Below are positions 36,161-50,340 of a stretch of DNA of 64,000 nt, in pieces (the stretch's first letter is position 1; each line of letters begins with the position of its first letter). The position numbers were made by a program, and so were the translations under genes. A model generated the notes under the pieces. The model made no database searches, had not been told where the DNA came from, and saw only the letters and a list, made by a program, of their open reading frames with translations. Source of the stretch: Amoebidium appalachense (Eukaryota; Protista; Ichthyosporea); the NCBI GenBank assembly GCA_963693365.1, contig CAVNZM010000003.1, positions 3,357,106-3,421,105 on the forward strand. Direction: 5' to 3'.

Positions 36161-36278
36161 ACGCGCGCGCGCGTGCGTGTGCGTGTATGCGTGCGGCGGT
36201 GTGTGCGCAAATTTCCCAAGCAGTCTACTTGCGTACATACGTACTCAACATTACACAATCACGTTCGGCTATGGATCA

Positions 36279-36337
<59 letters not shown>

Positions 36338-36729
36338 AGTATGACAAAACTTAATACACACGTGTTTTTCCACAAACCACAGCGCACATATGTGCGAGTG
36401 GGTGCAAGCCCTGTTACTTTCCTCCGCATTCACAAATATTCATTTCTCAATGACATTCGTCGTGCTTTGATGCAGAATGAAAACGAGCGGGATATTTACA
36501 GGTCGAAATCAATCTTCGCTCCCCCCTTGAGGGGAATCCTGTGAGCGTTATGTTTGTTAGCGGCTGGATGGAAATCGCATATAACGTCTACACTTCCACA
36601 CAGGCATATATATATCCCCCCCCCCCCCCCCCCCCCCCCCCCAAACACACACACACCAAAAAAAAAAAAAAAAAAAAAAAAAAGAGAGAGAGAGAGAAAA
36701 GAAGATACACACATACACACACTCTCGCA

Positions 36730-36776
<47 letters not shown>

Positions 36777-36834
36777 AACAAACAAAAAAAAAAACCACCA
36801 CAACCACACACAGTCAAACACACCACTTCGTCAC

Positions 36835-37187
36835 CTACTTGTGGACACGCACCAAGGACACATGAAACATGCCACTTCCAACTGCTTCTCGTTAGGCCTA
36901 CGCCGCTATGTGTTTGGTTGTAGTTTGAGATGACAATGGACTGACGTTTAGACCCAACCATTGGGCACACCCACCTGTACACATCATCGACACCATTCTC
37001 AAATGGCCTGTAACCCTGAGGCTCGAACTCTGAAGTGGTAAGTGACGTCAACAAGGCCGTGCAGTCCTTGGCCCCCAGAAGGGTCAAACCGACCCACTGG
37101 CCCGACTCGACCCGAACCGACCCGGTAATGTTGCACTGGTCACGTGAGAGACGCTCACGGAAGATCTGGGCCTTATCTGTCATCTGT

Positions 37188-37218
<31 letters not shown>

Positions 37219-38197
37219 GGGGGGGGGTTTTGAATGCGGAACACGGTACAAAGTACGCATACACGACGAGAAGCATGGTGCAGGACACATGCAAAGGCAA
37301 ACATTCAAGTATGCAACATCAGCCATGTGCACAGTATGCGTCATAAGCAGAGCCCATCCTCAGGGAGGACCCAAGTCATCAATTGCGTCTGAGTTTCGAC
37401 CCCTTAGCCCGCGTATATACGACACTCCAACTCAGACAGCAGCATCAACTGAGCTTGGGCGGGTCAACCCGTCTTGATCAAAGACGAGCAGGGTTGCTTA
37501 TGCAAGCAAGGTGAGCAAAACGGTGAAGATGTGTGTGCAAACTAATGCAGTGCAGCGAAAAATGTGTATGTGCTTACAGATGCACGACACAGAGCAACCA
37601 TGCCCGGTTGCATGGAAGTAAAGCGGTCTCCACACAGTGGTCTGTCCTGAAAGGACACCTCTGAAAGAAGACTGGGGGGGTTTTGAATGCGGAACACGGT
37701 ACAAAGTACGCATACACGACGAGAAGCATGGTGCAGGACACATGCAAAGGCAAACATTCAAGTATGCAACATCAGCCATGTGCACAGTATGCGTCATAAG
37801 CAGAGCCCATCCTCAGGGAGGACCCAAGTCATCAATTGCGTCTGAGTTTCGACCCCTTAGCCCGCGTATATACGACACTCCAACTCAGACAGCAGCATCA
37901 ACTGAGCTTGGGCGGGTCAACCCGTCTTGATCAAAGACGAGCAGGGTTGCTTATGCAAGCAAGGTGAGCAAAACGGTGAAGATGTGTGTGCAAACTAATG
38001 CAGTGCAGCGAAAAATGTGTATGTGCTTACAGATGCACGACACAGAGCAACCATGCCCGGTTGCATGGGGGGAAGGGGGAGGAGAGGGAATGGGGAGGGG
38101 GGGAAAGGGGGTTGGTGTGTGTGTATGCGTGTGTGTGTGTGTGTATGTGTGGGTGTGTGTGTGTATGTGTGTTGTGTGTGTGTGTGTGTATGTGTGG

Positions 38198-38255
<58 letters not shown>

Positions 38256-38932
38256 ACGTGCGCGTGCCAATGGTTTTTTTTTTTTTTTTTTTTTTTGGGG
38301 GGGGGGGGGAGTGAGTTAGCAAAGACACCGAGTAGGAGAAAGCACCACCGTCACAAGACATGCCAGAACCTATGATGCAGTCCGTACAACGGATATTAGT
38401 GATATCGGAGAGCAGAAACTCAGAGCATGCAACGTAGGCAGAACCCATTTTCACACCCATACCACTTCATGTACTTCTCTAGTAGGAGGAGGAAGGAAGG
38501 AAGGGTCGAAAGTCATGGCGGGTCGGTGGATGGCATGGGAGAAGGCGAATGGAGGGAGGGGGAAGGGTTGGGGGGGGGGGGAGGGGGGGCAGGGGGGGGA
38601 GATAATCAACAAAAACATAAAATGACTTGCTCAGAAAAAAGATCTAGAAACCACAGCGAAAAAGAAACCGCAACTTACCCTATCTGAGCGTACGGGCAGT
38701 TTTGTAATGTAGTTTGTGAGCCGGTCGAGTGTTCTATCTGCAAAGTAGGTGAGCAGGGAGATTTGTTTCTTTTGGTTCTTGTAGGGGAAGAAGAAGAGGT
38801 TGCCTTGGTGGAACATGTAGGAGTCCTGGCGGTACTGGAGGAGGAAGAATAGCGCATTGAGCGCTTGCCTGTACGTGTGTGGGTACGTGTGTGTATGTAC
38901 GTGTGTGTATGTATGTGTATGTGTATGTTGTA

Positions 38933-38973
<41 letters not shown>

Positions 38974-39185
38974 GTGCGTGTGTGTAAGTGTAATGTATTT
39001 GTTGGTGTTGCGTCTTCGTTTGTGTGTGGGAATTTTTGGGGTGAATGCATGTACATATAGGTGTGCGTGTGTGCATGTATGGGGTGTGGGTGTTTGTGTA
39101 GAAATAGGTGAGGGGTCAGTGGAAGGTTAGTATGGATTACTGCATAAAAGTACATATTCACCATAGATAAATTTATGTGCAGAGG

Positions 39186-39274
<89 letters not shown>

Positions 39275-40111
39275 CGCGCGCATGTGTGTGTGTGGGCGCG
39301 CGTGAATCTGCATGTGTGGTTAGCGTGTGCGTGTGTGTGTATCAGGTTGCTTCTAATCGGCTTTGTGTGTGTGTGTGTGTTTGTGCGTGTGCGCGTGTGT
39401 GTGAGTGCGTGCGTGTGCGCGTTTGTGCATGTGCGGAATGTGTACGTGCAAGTGTGTGTGTGTGAGAGTGTATGTGTGTGTATGTGTGTGTGTGCACGCC
39501 TGTGGGAATGCGTGCATTAGTGTATACGTTCCCGAGACCGACCGTACCTATCCATAGCCTCCTCAAACGTATACGTCTTGTTGATGGTGCATGCAGGACC
39601 GGAATCACCCAGACAGATGTTGTTTTCGTTGTACCATTTCATGTAGTCTCTGTTGGTGTGTGTGTGGTACGCTACGTTAAGCGCGTGGCGGGGAAGAATG
39701 GCTACCCCGGCGAGATCGTATTCCTCAACGGTGGTTATGATTGGATGGTGTGGGCTGTCCTGTGAGTGTTATTGGTTAAAAATCACGGAGTGGTTTGGTG
39801 GTGAAACTCGATGATGGGCGATTGGGTAATTGGTGTGAGGGGTGTGAGGGGGGTGTGTACGCAAAATGGATTTAATGATTCTATGACTAGAAAACATAAC
39901 ACACCAAATATAATGAGATTTTTATGGAGGTGCTCACTTTCGCGGAGGGATTTCACGTCGAGCGTTTGCAAACGCAAGGGATGTGTGCGTCGGCTTGTTG
40001 GTGTGAGAGCGCGAATGTGTGTGCAAAGTGTGTGTGCAAAGGGTGTGTGCATCTGCCTGACAGCCCACTTACTACTACACCTATGTTTTGAGTGTGCCAA
40101 TATTTACATGT

Positions 40112-40147
<36 letters not shown>

Positions 40148-40735
40148 CTGTCGCACATGTGTCCGCGAACACATGCGCTTTCGTGCACATGTATGTGCTT
40201 ATGAGTGAGAAGAAGGGGGGGGGAGGTAACAACGCACCGTAGCAACGAGCTCTCCGCGGCTGTTATCCCCAACCACATTCTTGATCCCTCGATCTTTAAA
40301 CACCTTAAAGAGATCTTTGTTCGGTGTCACAGGGAGCATTCTCCACGAGGGCCACGTCGCGTTGTCGTATTTGAACGAGCGGGGATACAACCCTGAAATT
40401 TCGGGGTTTACGAGACAGTCTGGGGAGTACCGTCTCTGGGGAAACGGGCGGCGGCGCGGCGTTGTGACCATGTATTGGTTGTCGAAGTGATCGGCTAGGT
40501 ACTGGTCGTCTAGGGGTATCTCTCTGCCCTCTGCAAACCTGCGTTTATTTTTTTATTTTTTTATTTATTTATTGAGGGGGGGGGAGGGGGGAGAGGGGGA
40601 AGGAGTGGTGAAAAAGGGGGGAGGAGAGGGGGTCAGACTGTGTTGCAGAGCATCTGGTACACATTGACCATGTAAAATGTAGTGAGGAACGGAGAGAGCG
40701 AGGGGACAAAAGAACGATACGGCGATAGGGCGAGA

Positions 40736-40810
<75 letters not shown>

Positions 40811-40820
40811 GAGGGGGGGG

Positions 40821-40864
<44 letters not shown>

Positions 40865-40892
40865 AAGAGAGAGGGAGGAGGGGGAGGGAGAG

Positions 40893-40946
<54 letters not shown>

Positions 40947-41198
40947 CTAAAGGTTGATTACAAGGAACTTGATGACCAACGAAAATTCAGCTAGTTTGCA
41001 CTTGGTCTATAATATGAGGTTGTCCACTCTGTCGCAACAACATCTCCTCGTGCCTGGGGGGAGGGGAGAGGGGGAGGGGGGGAGGGAAGGAATCTGCTTC
41101 AGCATCATTTGTGGGTGTCCTTTTTGCGTGTAAAAGTTTAACTTAACACCAATCCGCTCTAAATCGAGGAAAACATGGATGCAGCCGGCGTGTCTGCA

Positions 41199-41289
<91 letters not shown>

Positions 41290-41855
41290 AAGTAAAAAGG
41301 AATTTCTTGCAGAGGAGGTGCGTGCATGTGTGTGGAAATGCTCTACAATGACTGGGAAAAGTCTCATACTAACATGCACACATGCAATGTCAACTAAGAG
41401 AAAAAATGCAACATAGAAACGTTGATAGGGATAAAATCAAGGGAATAACATACATCATGTTAAGGTAGATCTCGGGGTCTATTCTGCTGATAGGTGTCCT
41501 GCACGTGAACGTGCCGTTGCACTCATCCTTCCACAGCCAGTCCAGCTGTTGGTGTGTCCATGTGTGCGACACCCAATAGAATTCGTCCATGTTCCTGTCG
41601 CTGCATTGGCTCATGCTGATCCCCTTTTTCTTGGCAGCTGTGTGTTTTAAAATTGTTTGGAAGTTGAGTTGGTGAACTATGTCGGGGTTTTGGTTGGTTT
41701 TTTTTAGTGCAACTGATATAGTGTGCAGACTCGCGTAAAAAAGAGTGACAGAAAGAGACAGAAGAAGAAAAGGCTTGCACGATGCTTGCTCTGGATCACT
41801 GAGTCTGATCCCCCCCTCCCCCTCCCCCCCCCCCCCCCCCACACCTCCCAGCCTC

Positions 41856-41906
<51 letters not shown>

Positions 41907-43284
41907 TTTCAAAAAAAAAAAACCAAAAAAAAAAACCACCCACCCCACCCGCTCCCAACCCACCCACGCACCGATCCGCCCCAACACCCCCTTCTTCCCA
42001 ACCCTCTTCAACAAAAGAATAAAAGGAAGTGTTGAGGAGGACAGAAAAAAGAAAACAAGAGCACTCCTGGGGGCCAAAACAGCAGCAATACTCATAGATC
42101 ATTAAGTGGGTATGATGTATGACTGTATGATACTAACTTAGGGACAGGCCTGCATGGACCACCCACGTACCTTCATCAAACTCGGTAAACGCCGTGTGAC
42201 CCGCACCGTTGAATGCCAGCTCAAACCTCACCTCGCTCCCCTTCGCCAGCCCATGTTCCTTCACCACATTCCTCTGTCACTCCACCGTCTTCTCCACATC
42301 CACGGCCGTCACCCTCACCGTCTCATTCTCATTCACCCACAGTGATGTTTGCGCAAACCAATCATCAACCTGCAAATGGAAAGCGGACCTGCGCTGACCC
42401 AAAAACAGGCCGCGGGTAACCCAGGAAAACCACACATTTGAGAGGGCGAGGTTCAACATCGTAAACTCCCCTGTTTGTACTTGTGCGAGGGAGTTTTGGA
42501 TGGGGTGCGGGCAGTCGGTGCAAATTTCACTCGCAGCGGCATTAAACGCAAAGTGCATCTCTTCGTTTCCGTCGGGATGCTGCCCGATGAATGCCGCGGC
42601 GCCACCCAGAGCTTTGACATTCATTTTGCCATCGGGAACAAAGTACTTGAACAAAACCCTAGTGTCGCGTTGGAACAATGCCTTTTGCTCTTTTTTGCCT
42701 TTTTGGGAGGAAATGGTAGGCCCATCGAAGGTTCGGGCAGCAAGTGCAGAATGGCCGATCGGCCACAGACCATCCTCGTTTAAGACATCGGTCAGCTCTG
42801 ACTCCCTATCAATTACCCATGTGGAAAACCCAATCGACGCATTTTGGAGTCCGCCTTCCTTAATGTTCAAACCGAAAGGGGCTAAAGTGTCCTGAGATTG
42901 TGTGTTGAGAGAGATGATTCTCACTTTGTGTTCCGCGGCGTAGTTTCTAACTGCAGTCATGTTAATGGACTCAATGGAGTCCGAAGTCAAAACGATGGAG
43001 TAATACAGGGGAGAGTCAAGCGCTGGTGTGGTATTAAACGCGGCGTACTGTGTGCCCAACCCATCCAAAAACAGCTTTGGCATCATTAAGTCGCTTTGGT
43101 TGCGATAGAGAACTAGCGTTGTCAACCCCAGGGTGCTAAAACTAGACTCGAGGGTGGTAGCTCGCAATTCTGGATCGTTCTGCTTCCCCTCTGAAGCGGG
43201 AATACTTTTTGCTAGACATGGTGAGCAGCTTGCTGTTAGAGACAACATGCATAGCATGCTCTTAAGGGCGCCCTTGTATCTCAT
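36835..43284 (-). CDS. agd3: Agd3-like (CE18) secreted alpha-1,4-GalNAc polysaccharide deacetylase; one in-frame TGA at 42277-42279; 3' end uncertain
   Basis: Exons (minus strand): 42171-43284, 41454-41637, 40238-40538, 39548-39759, 38679-38868, then 37183 to at least 36975 (the frame stays open and plausible to ~36835). All junctions are phase-consistent GT-AG. The N-terminus resembles a signal peptide. Motifs [12 protein letters not shown]...[53 protein letters not shown] and [10 protein letters not shown] match, in order, those recalled for the Aspergillus Agd3 family, including the DD, HxxxH, R and H catalytic/metal positions. Confidence 0.85.
37221..38068 (-). mobile_element. Structured non-coding ~453-bp tandem element, copy B (~1.9 units), in agd3-like intron 37184-38678
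   Basis: TTTTGAATGCGG starts at 37228 and again at 37681 (period 453). Reverse complement of the 12867-13630 element with about 16 differences per unit, counted by eye. Same fixed end (…CCGCATTCAAAA-poly-C), different opposite end. Confidence 0.9.
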
Positions 43285-44600
43285 GGTGTTCGTTGTTCAA
43301 GCACTGCCCGGATGGACTACGATTGTGATTGTTAGCAGAACATGAACAGGATGGGCAGCTATCGGGAGGTTAGGTTGTTAAATTAAAATGACGCATATGC
43401 ATAAGAACAATAATAACAGCTCTAGCTCACTCTATGTATGTGTTGTGCCCTTCTGATTCCATAAAAGTTATGCTCGTGTTTTGCACACCGTATGAAGTGA
43501 AGGCTTTTGTGCACGGTATGACTGTGGAAAGTGCGAACTTCGAGTGTTTGTCATCACGTTGTTGGCGGTGAACTGTCATCTGCGAATATAGGAGCGAAGT
43601 AAATCTGGAATGTTATTTTGCATTAGCCTAATTGTGCTTGTAATGAAAATTCAATAGCATGTTTTAAAAAACTACCAAACGGTAAACCATAAACCTATAA
43701 TACGTTTATTTATTTTTTATAAAATTCTTCACGTCTTTAGTTTAGTTTAATCAACAGATGGCGGGATTGATATTGCCGCCACTGGAGCAGTCTGTTTACA
43801 GTTTACATCGCCCGATGACACACCGCGATGATCCAATCATTGCCTAGCGTTTTAGAGAGGTAGTTGTGACACGTTTTCAGATTGCGAGAGTAAGCCTTGC
43901 GACAGAGTGAGAGGTGGAATAATTCAAATACATGCCTTTCTTGGTGTTAAATCGTGCTGAATAATATTTGATACCAATATCGTCATTGTCCTCATATAGC
44001 CACTTTTGCTACTCTCAGTTGCAGGAAGATCATTTATGCACCGGTGTAAGACAGTGTCGCCGCGCACATTCCGAACATACCACAATAAATAAAATTCATA
44101 ACCCTGGAGATCATGTTGCGTGTGGCGTAACCTCACGTTATTTCATTATTTCGGCCCGAATACCCTAGCGGGAGCGAAAAAAAACAAAGGATCAGAGAGC
44201 TTCCTGTTATCTCAAAACAATGTTACGCTATATACCACTAACTATTTAGCCACCAATGTTCAAGTAGCGGCCCCATTGTATGTACTAAGATCCAGGGTGT
44301 GAAAATAGTGTCTGTCTGTTCAACAGGGGGAGACATCGTTTTCCTCAAGCACATAGGGGGAAACGACTGTCCTAAATAGGGAGTGAACTACTTGAAAAAA
44401 ATCTTTCTTTTCGATTGTCATTTTGAGACTTATTGAATTTGAACTGAAAGAAAAATCAGCGTAGCTGTCCGTCTTAACAAACCTCAATGTATCAGGCACA
44501 CGTGATTCATATTGTCAAGATTGCATCATGAATTGCGCGCATCATGCTGAGGCCTCTCGGCGGCCAGTGCAGATTTATAGCCCTGTCAGCTAGCCCTATG

Positions 44601-44647
<47 letters not shown>

Positions 44648-44795
44648 AGCCGTTAACACTGTGGCTGAGCTGACATTTTCTGATAATAGCAATGTTTCTT
44701 ACTAGCTAGACTAGGTGTGTTCAAGCTTTGTACTAACGTAAGTGAGAAAAACTGTGTCATGTGTGTGTGGCGTGTGTGTGTGTGTGTGTGTGTTT

Positions 44796-44836
<41 letters not shown>

Positions 44837-45497
44837 GTGTGCGTGTGTGTGTGTGTGTGTGTGTCTGTGCGTGTGTGTGTGTGTGTGTGTGTCTGTGTGT
44901 GTGTGTGTGTCTGTGTGTGTGTGTATGTGTGTGTGTGTGTGTGTGTTGTGTGCCTGTGTGTGTGTTTGTGTGCCACGGTGTGTTGTGTGCCTGTGTTTGT
45001 GCGGGAAAGGACGGGAGGCCGGGAGGGGGAAGGGTGGGGGAGGGGTGGGGAGGGGGGGGGGGGGAGGGGGGGGGGGGGGGGGGGGGGGGAAGGGGGAGGA
45101 GGGGACGGGAACTTCACGGGTGAGATTGATGTAAGACATACGTATTTGCAAGTTGGAGGTTAGAGTTGCATGCATATTGTGTCCCTCTTTCTTTTTTTTT
45201 TTCTTTTTTTTTCTTTTTTTTTCTTTTTTTGGGGGGGTGTGTGTGTGCGTGTGTGCGTGTGTGTGTGTGCGTGTGTCTGTGTGTGGTGGTGGTGGTGGTG
45301 GTGGTGTGTGTGGCGGGGGGGGGGGGGGGGGGGGGGGGAGGGGAATGAGGGATCAGGAGCGGGGGAGCAAATAGATACGACGGTGCAGAACAGTGTGTAT
45401 CAATCTATCTGAGTCCACGTAAATTAAACAGTTCACTGGTGATATATCTGCTCGAGCTCTCCGTAAGCCTACAAAATTCCCCTCCTTCCCCCGTGGG

Positions 45498-45545
<48 letters not shown>

Positions 45546-45682
45546 AACTGCATTGGTGTGGATGTGGCTCTGAGTCTCTGCCTTTGTGGCTACTTAGCGA
45601 GAGGAGGAAGTGGGGATGAGGAAGAGGGGGAGTTGGCGAGGAAAAAAAAATCTCTTCTTTCATTTTCTTTTTCTTTTTTCTT

Positions 45683-45767
<85 letters not shown>

Positions 45768-45914
45768 CTACAGGGAGGACAAAAAAGTTAGGGGTGCATC
45801 TGTGTCATCCACTCTTGAACTTTATGATGGGGGTTTTTTGTGTGGGGTGAATTTTCACAAGTAGGAAGTAAAGCATAGATAGCTGGCCCATTTGCTTTTG
45901 AAAACGGGGGGGGA

Positions 45915-45964
<50 letters not shown>

Positions 45965-46125
45965 ATGTAGGCTGCTAGCGGGAATATATGTTTAAAGACA
46001 AAAATTGAGATTCTATGTAAGGAAGTGAATGCCACGACTGTTTGTAAAAATGTTGAATATGGCCAACGTATTGCACGTGGACTCTCCCCCCCCCCCCCCC
46101 CCTCCCCCCCCCCCCCCTCTCCCCC

Positions 46126-46156
<31 letters not shown>

Positions 46157-46341
46157 AAAAATAATCTTTCAAAGTTGTCAAATCACTGAGAGAGCAACCG
46201 GGATAGGGGGACCCGGACGGAGGGAGGGAGGAAAGGAGAGATTCAGAGAGAGAGCCAAGTCGGAGAGAGATAGAGGGTGTTTGTGGTGAGAGGGTGGGTT
46301 GGGGTGGTGGGGAGGAGGGGGAGGTTTGAGGGAGGGGGGAA

Positions 46342-46384
<43 letters not shown>

Positions 46385-47558
46385 GAAAGAGAGAGCTCGA
46401 GAGAGAGGCCGCGCATGCAAACACACACACACACACGCTTGCACGCACGCACACGCACACGCACATGCACAGTACTCGCACAGCCTTCCTCTAGTCCTCT
46501 TTCCTCTCTCTCTTCCCTCTGCCAACACTCTCTCTTGCTCTCTCTCTCCCTCTCTCCATCTCTTGTATTTCCTGCCCGTAGGCCCTCCTATGTAAAGGTC
46601 CTTCGAACACAATCCCCACATAACCCCCCCCACACTGACACACACACACACTCACCACCACCACCATCATCACCACTAGAAGCCCCCTCCCCCCCCCCCC
46701 CCCCCCAAGGAGAGGAGGGGGTGGGGGGAGGGGGTCGGGGGGGGGAGGGGGAGAGTGGGGTATGTGTGAGCTAATATTAGCGGGCCAGCAACCCGTGGGA
46801 ACAAAGCAAAACGAAAAGAAAGGAAAAAAGGGAGAGAAAAAACGATCAAAAACAGAGATGATGTGCAAAATCGCAACGTGCAGATGGAAGATAGATATCG
46901 TTGTTTCTGTCTCAGTCCTCCTCCGCCTCTTCTCTTCTTCGTCTTCTTCTTCTTCTTTTTTTTTCTGGGGGGAGGAGAGGCGGGGGGGAGCGCGGGGGGG
47001 GGGGGGGGGGGGGGGAGGGGGGGATGAAACACAAAAACCTAGCACAGTGCGCGTCTGCACGCTACCATCGGCCACGTACACAGTGAAAAAAGGGAGGGAT
47101 TGCGTGGCCACCGGTAGGATCCTGGCCATGGTGCCGGGAATGATCACAACGGAGCATGATATGTGCATGAATCACGTGCACGTGGCCGTGCCAGATATGA
47201 TACATAGTGGGCTTGTTGCTGTTTGAGCTTGACCGGGAATACTGTATGTACCCACTTAGTTGGACTCTAAGTAGATACTGGAAAGTCCCAGGGGGGTTTA
47301 CGCTGTTTACTCGAGGCAAAGAGAAACCAGTCTCAGGTATTGTGGGGGGGGTTTGCTCGGAATATCCCCTCAGCGGTATATCATGATCACGTACATAGAT
47401 GTCGGGTGATGACTATATATCAGGGTTTACTTTCTCTACGAGACACCATAAAGACTACAAGGAGAAATCAATTAGTTGGGGTTCCCCGTTTTTTTTTGTT
47501 TTTTTTTTTTTTTTTTTTTTTTTAAAGGGGCTCCCCTGGGACACTCGGTATCAGCTGG

Positions 47559-47596
<38 letters not shown>

Positions 47597-47639
47597 TCGC
47601 GTAAGGGTGTGTGTGTTTGTGTGTGTGTGTGCGCGTGCG

Positions 47640-48200
47640 CTATAATTTTGCAGTGATGTGTTTCTCAAGCCAATCAATACAGCTAATAAACAGGTCGTAG
47701 TTACGCGTGTTTAGTATAAAATCAAGGATATTGTACTTTACAGGTAGGCTATCTTTCTGGGTGTCTGTTGTGAATGTGACGTGTGTGTGTTGCGGTATTA
47801 TGTGGTCTATCAAACTACATTTGGCGATACATGACCGGTTAAACTGGTGTGTGTGTGTGTTGTTTGGGCATGCAAATGATACCACCTTATACTTATTAGA
47901 TCTCCACTGTATAGCACGTGTACAGTAAAAGCGTGGTAATTGATCAATAATACCATCAGCTAGAGAAGGACCAGTTCTACAGGAAGGTAATATGTATTTA
48001 GGTGTTATACATTTGCGAGTGCCATATTTGGCAATATGGTTGAGGCGGTCAGTATATATAAAACGAGACATAAGGCTTAGTTTTTCAAGGTGTATGCTTT
48101 CATCGGGTCTAGTGTCGTGTGGTATCTTTTTCCATTTGTTATATTGCGTGATTATCTTGTGATTGTGTACATGTTGAATAAGTAAGTGGCAGTCCAAAGT
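47640..48200 (-). mobile_element. Possible 3' fragment of a non-LTR retrotransposon ORF
   Basis: AT-rich, intron-free ~175-codon open frame with ILPSCRTGPSL and ACPNNTHTHQFNRSC, reminiscent of the post-RT R.G and C..H.F..C zinc-knuckle region. The stop is followed directly by (CA)-rich repeats. No RT core motif is present. Confidence 0.3.
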
Positions 48201-50279
48201 CACACACACACTATTGCGGGGTTTATTTGTATTTGTGCCCAGGGGAGAAGGGGAGAGAGAGGGGAGGAAAGAGGGGAGAGGTGAGGAGGGGACAGGTCGG
48301 ATAGAGGGGACAGGTCGGATAACGCCCAGTGGATCCGCAGTAGCAGCCTCTACTCTCCCGGAGGCTCTTCCAGCGCGGGGCCGGGATACAAAAAAACTGT
48401 TCAACTCTGAGAGGGTAAAACGGCGTTTACTTTTAGAACCGATCAGAGCAGAAAAAGGAAAATCATGCTATCCGTTGGTTCGTTCTATCTCATAATTCCC
48501 ATGTCCACGTGTGTTTTGAAGTCCATTCACTGTTTTGCTCGGAATAGAGTTGACACCATGTGAGTGCCGCAACGTGGTGCGGGTCACGTCGAGTACGACG
48601 TCGACCATTGTATAGTAGTATTATAAAACTTTGAATATGCCTATTATGAGCACCACGACCGTTACCCACCACGATTTAAAAACATTGCATTTGTTACGTT
48701 GGTTCGTTACTGCATTGTGTATGCTTATAAATATGGGGGAGTTCACTTTGTCACACTTCAGGGCCGACATGAGGGATCAAAAGGTGTTGCAATCCGCATG
48801 CATTTGATCATGATGCTTGAAGCTTGGTTATTGACACAAAATGATGTGTATGTTCTCAATACATTTCATGTGCGTATTATTTAGTTGGTTTGGATTAGTA
48901 TAATATATAAGTACCACTACAGTACATATTAGTCACACAGCGATACTCGGGTGCTTCACAGATTTGCACGGAGCCGCCTGAGGCTGCCAGCCAGTACTGT
49001 GCCAGGGCAGCAGCCAGGCCATCCCCCAAAAGACCCAGGGATCCAATCGCAATGCAAGTTTTCAAACACCAATCGGATTCTACATGATTTTCTATTGGTT
49101 CAGCACTTTTACCGTAGAGATAATCTTAGACCAGGATAGATCATTGGAATGTACTTCGCCCGGCGTGCCACTGCTGATTGCACACTGCAGAGGATCAACT
49201 ACATTAGAAAGGGGTTCATGCGTACAGCTCAATCACTATTTTGTACATCTTTTTTATTAAATATATTTCAGACGCGTACTATTAGAGGTTCTCCTCTGAA
49301 CTGTTTCATATTATTGCATTGGACCGGGCTATGCAAAGTCCGGCAGCCGCATTTTTTTATGGTGCATCTGGCCCGGCCAGGGTGCCACAGCCTGGCCAGG
49401 CACCGGCCTTGATCAAGACTCGGCGTGGCAAGTGACATTGTAGCCATAACAGCCTGAACGTAAATTTAATTACCAGTACCGCGTATGATGTGCAATGCAT
49501 GCCTTTTATAATGAAAAAAGATAAACATTACTGTAAAAGAATATCTTGTTTCGTGCCAATATAACCCAGCAGCATCGTCCGACCCCCGGGCTGCGGATCT
49601 AGATCTGCCCTCTGTCCAGATCGTGATGATCTTCAACGTGGGTGACAACTTCCACACAGTACCGGCAAGTACTACTGTACCTGGATAATACGCGCATACA
49701 GCACCACTGCCTGGTTCCAGCGTTGACAGAGACTCGGTTCATTTTTCCCTTTGCCATTGTATCAGGAACAGAGTACACACAAAAGAAGGTTTCCAAAAAA
49801 GAATATACCATGCGTAGCCTATCTAGATCTCGGGTTTTGCTTCAGGGGTTGCCCGGGTTTGGCCGCCTTAATCGTTTTACCTCAAATGGTATCGTATTGT
49901 CGGAAAGTCTTAATAGTGTTGGAGGGGTTTTGTTTCAAATAGACTTGAGTGAACCCCTTTAACTTTGTATTTTCAGATACTTTTTGCGTATAATCTTTAA
50001 CCTCATTATTAATATGAAACCCCTAGAGAGAAAACAGGGCTTCGAATTCTTCTTTTCGAGCGCTACCAACAGGTCACTTTTTTATAGAAATCATTCATTA
50101 TTCATATACAAAGACATCCAATTACACGCTTGGAGCCTATATAATTGTTACGAAAGGTGAATACGGCACCTCACAGCGCTAACCGTATTGGCCTCTGTTG
50201 TGTGCTTAATCGTTTTTTAGGTCGATACGATTCGTAAGGCAATGATTCAATCCCTGTATATAATATAATATGCTTCATC

Positions 50280-50340
50280 GTCGTCCAATCACAAATCAGA
50301 AGTACAACCAGCCAATCAGATTTCCGCCAACCAAACAGTG
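50280..50340 (+). promoter_or_regulatory. Paired CCAAT boxes upstream of the sph3-like gene
   Basis: CCAATCAC (~50285) and GCCAATCAG (~50312), about 350-380 bp before the ATG at 50668. Confidence 0.35.

Noticed and set aside
37541-37600. Twister-ribozyme-like order TAA TGCA GT ... GTGC T TAC AG AT GCAC ... ACA GA GCA
   Set aside because: P2 and the T1 pseudoknot have mismatches, the conserved AA is AG, and P1 cannot form.
39650-39670. Suspected frameshift at the (CA)5 run inside agd3-like exon 39548-39759
   Set aside because: Counting bases gives TAC CAC ACA CAC ACC AAC, which is in frame (YHTHTN).
42277-42279. Genome-wide UGA=Trp genetic code
   Set aside because: All other Trp codons read in the five genes are TGG, and SNAPC4 appears to terminate at TGA (27727-27729).
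49466-49962. Short ORFs between the agd3-like and sph3-like genes as a missing cluster gene (epimerase or synthase)
   Set aside because: There are no Rossmann GxxGxxG, glycosyltransferase or GH114 motifs, and no consistent exon chain.
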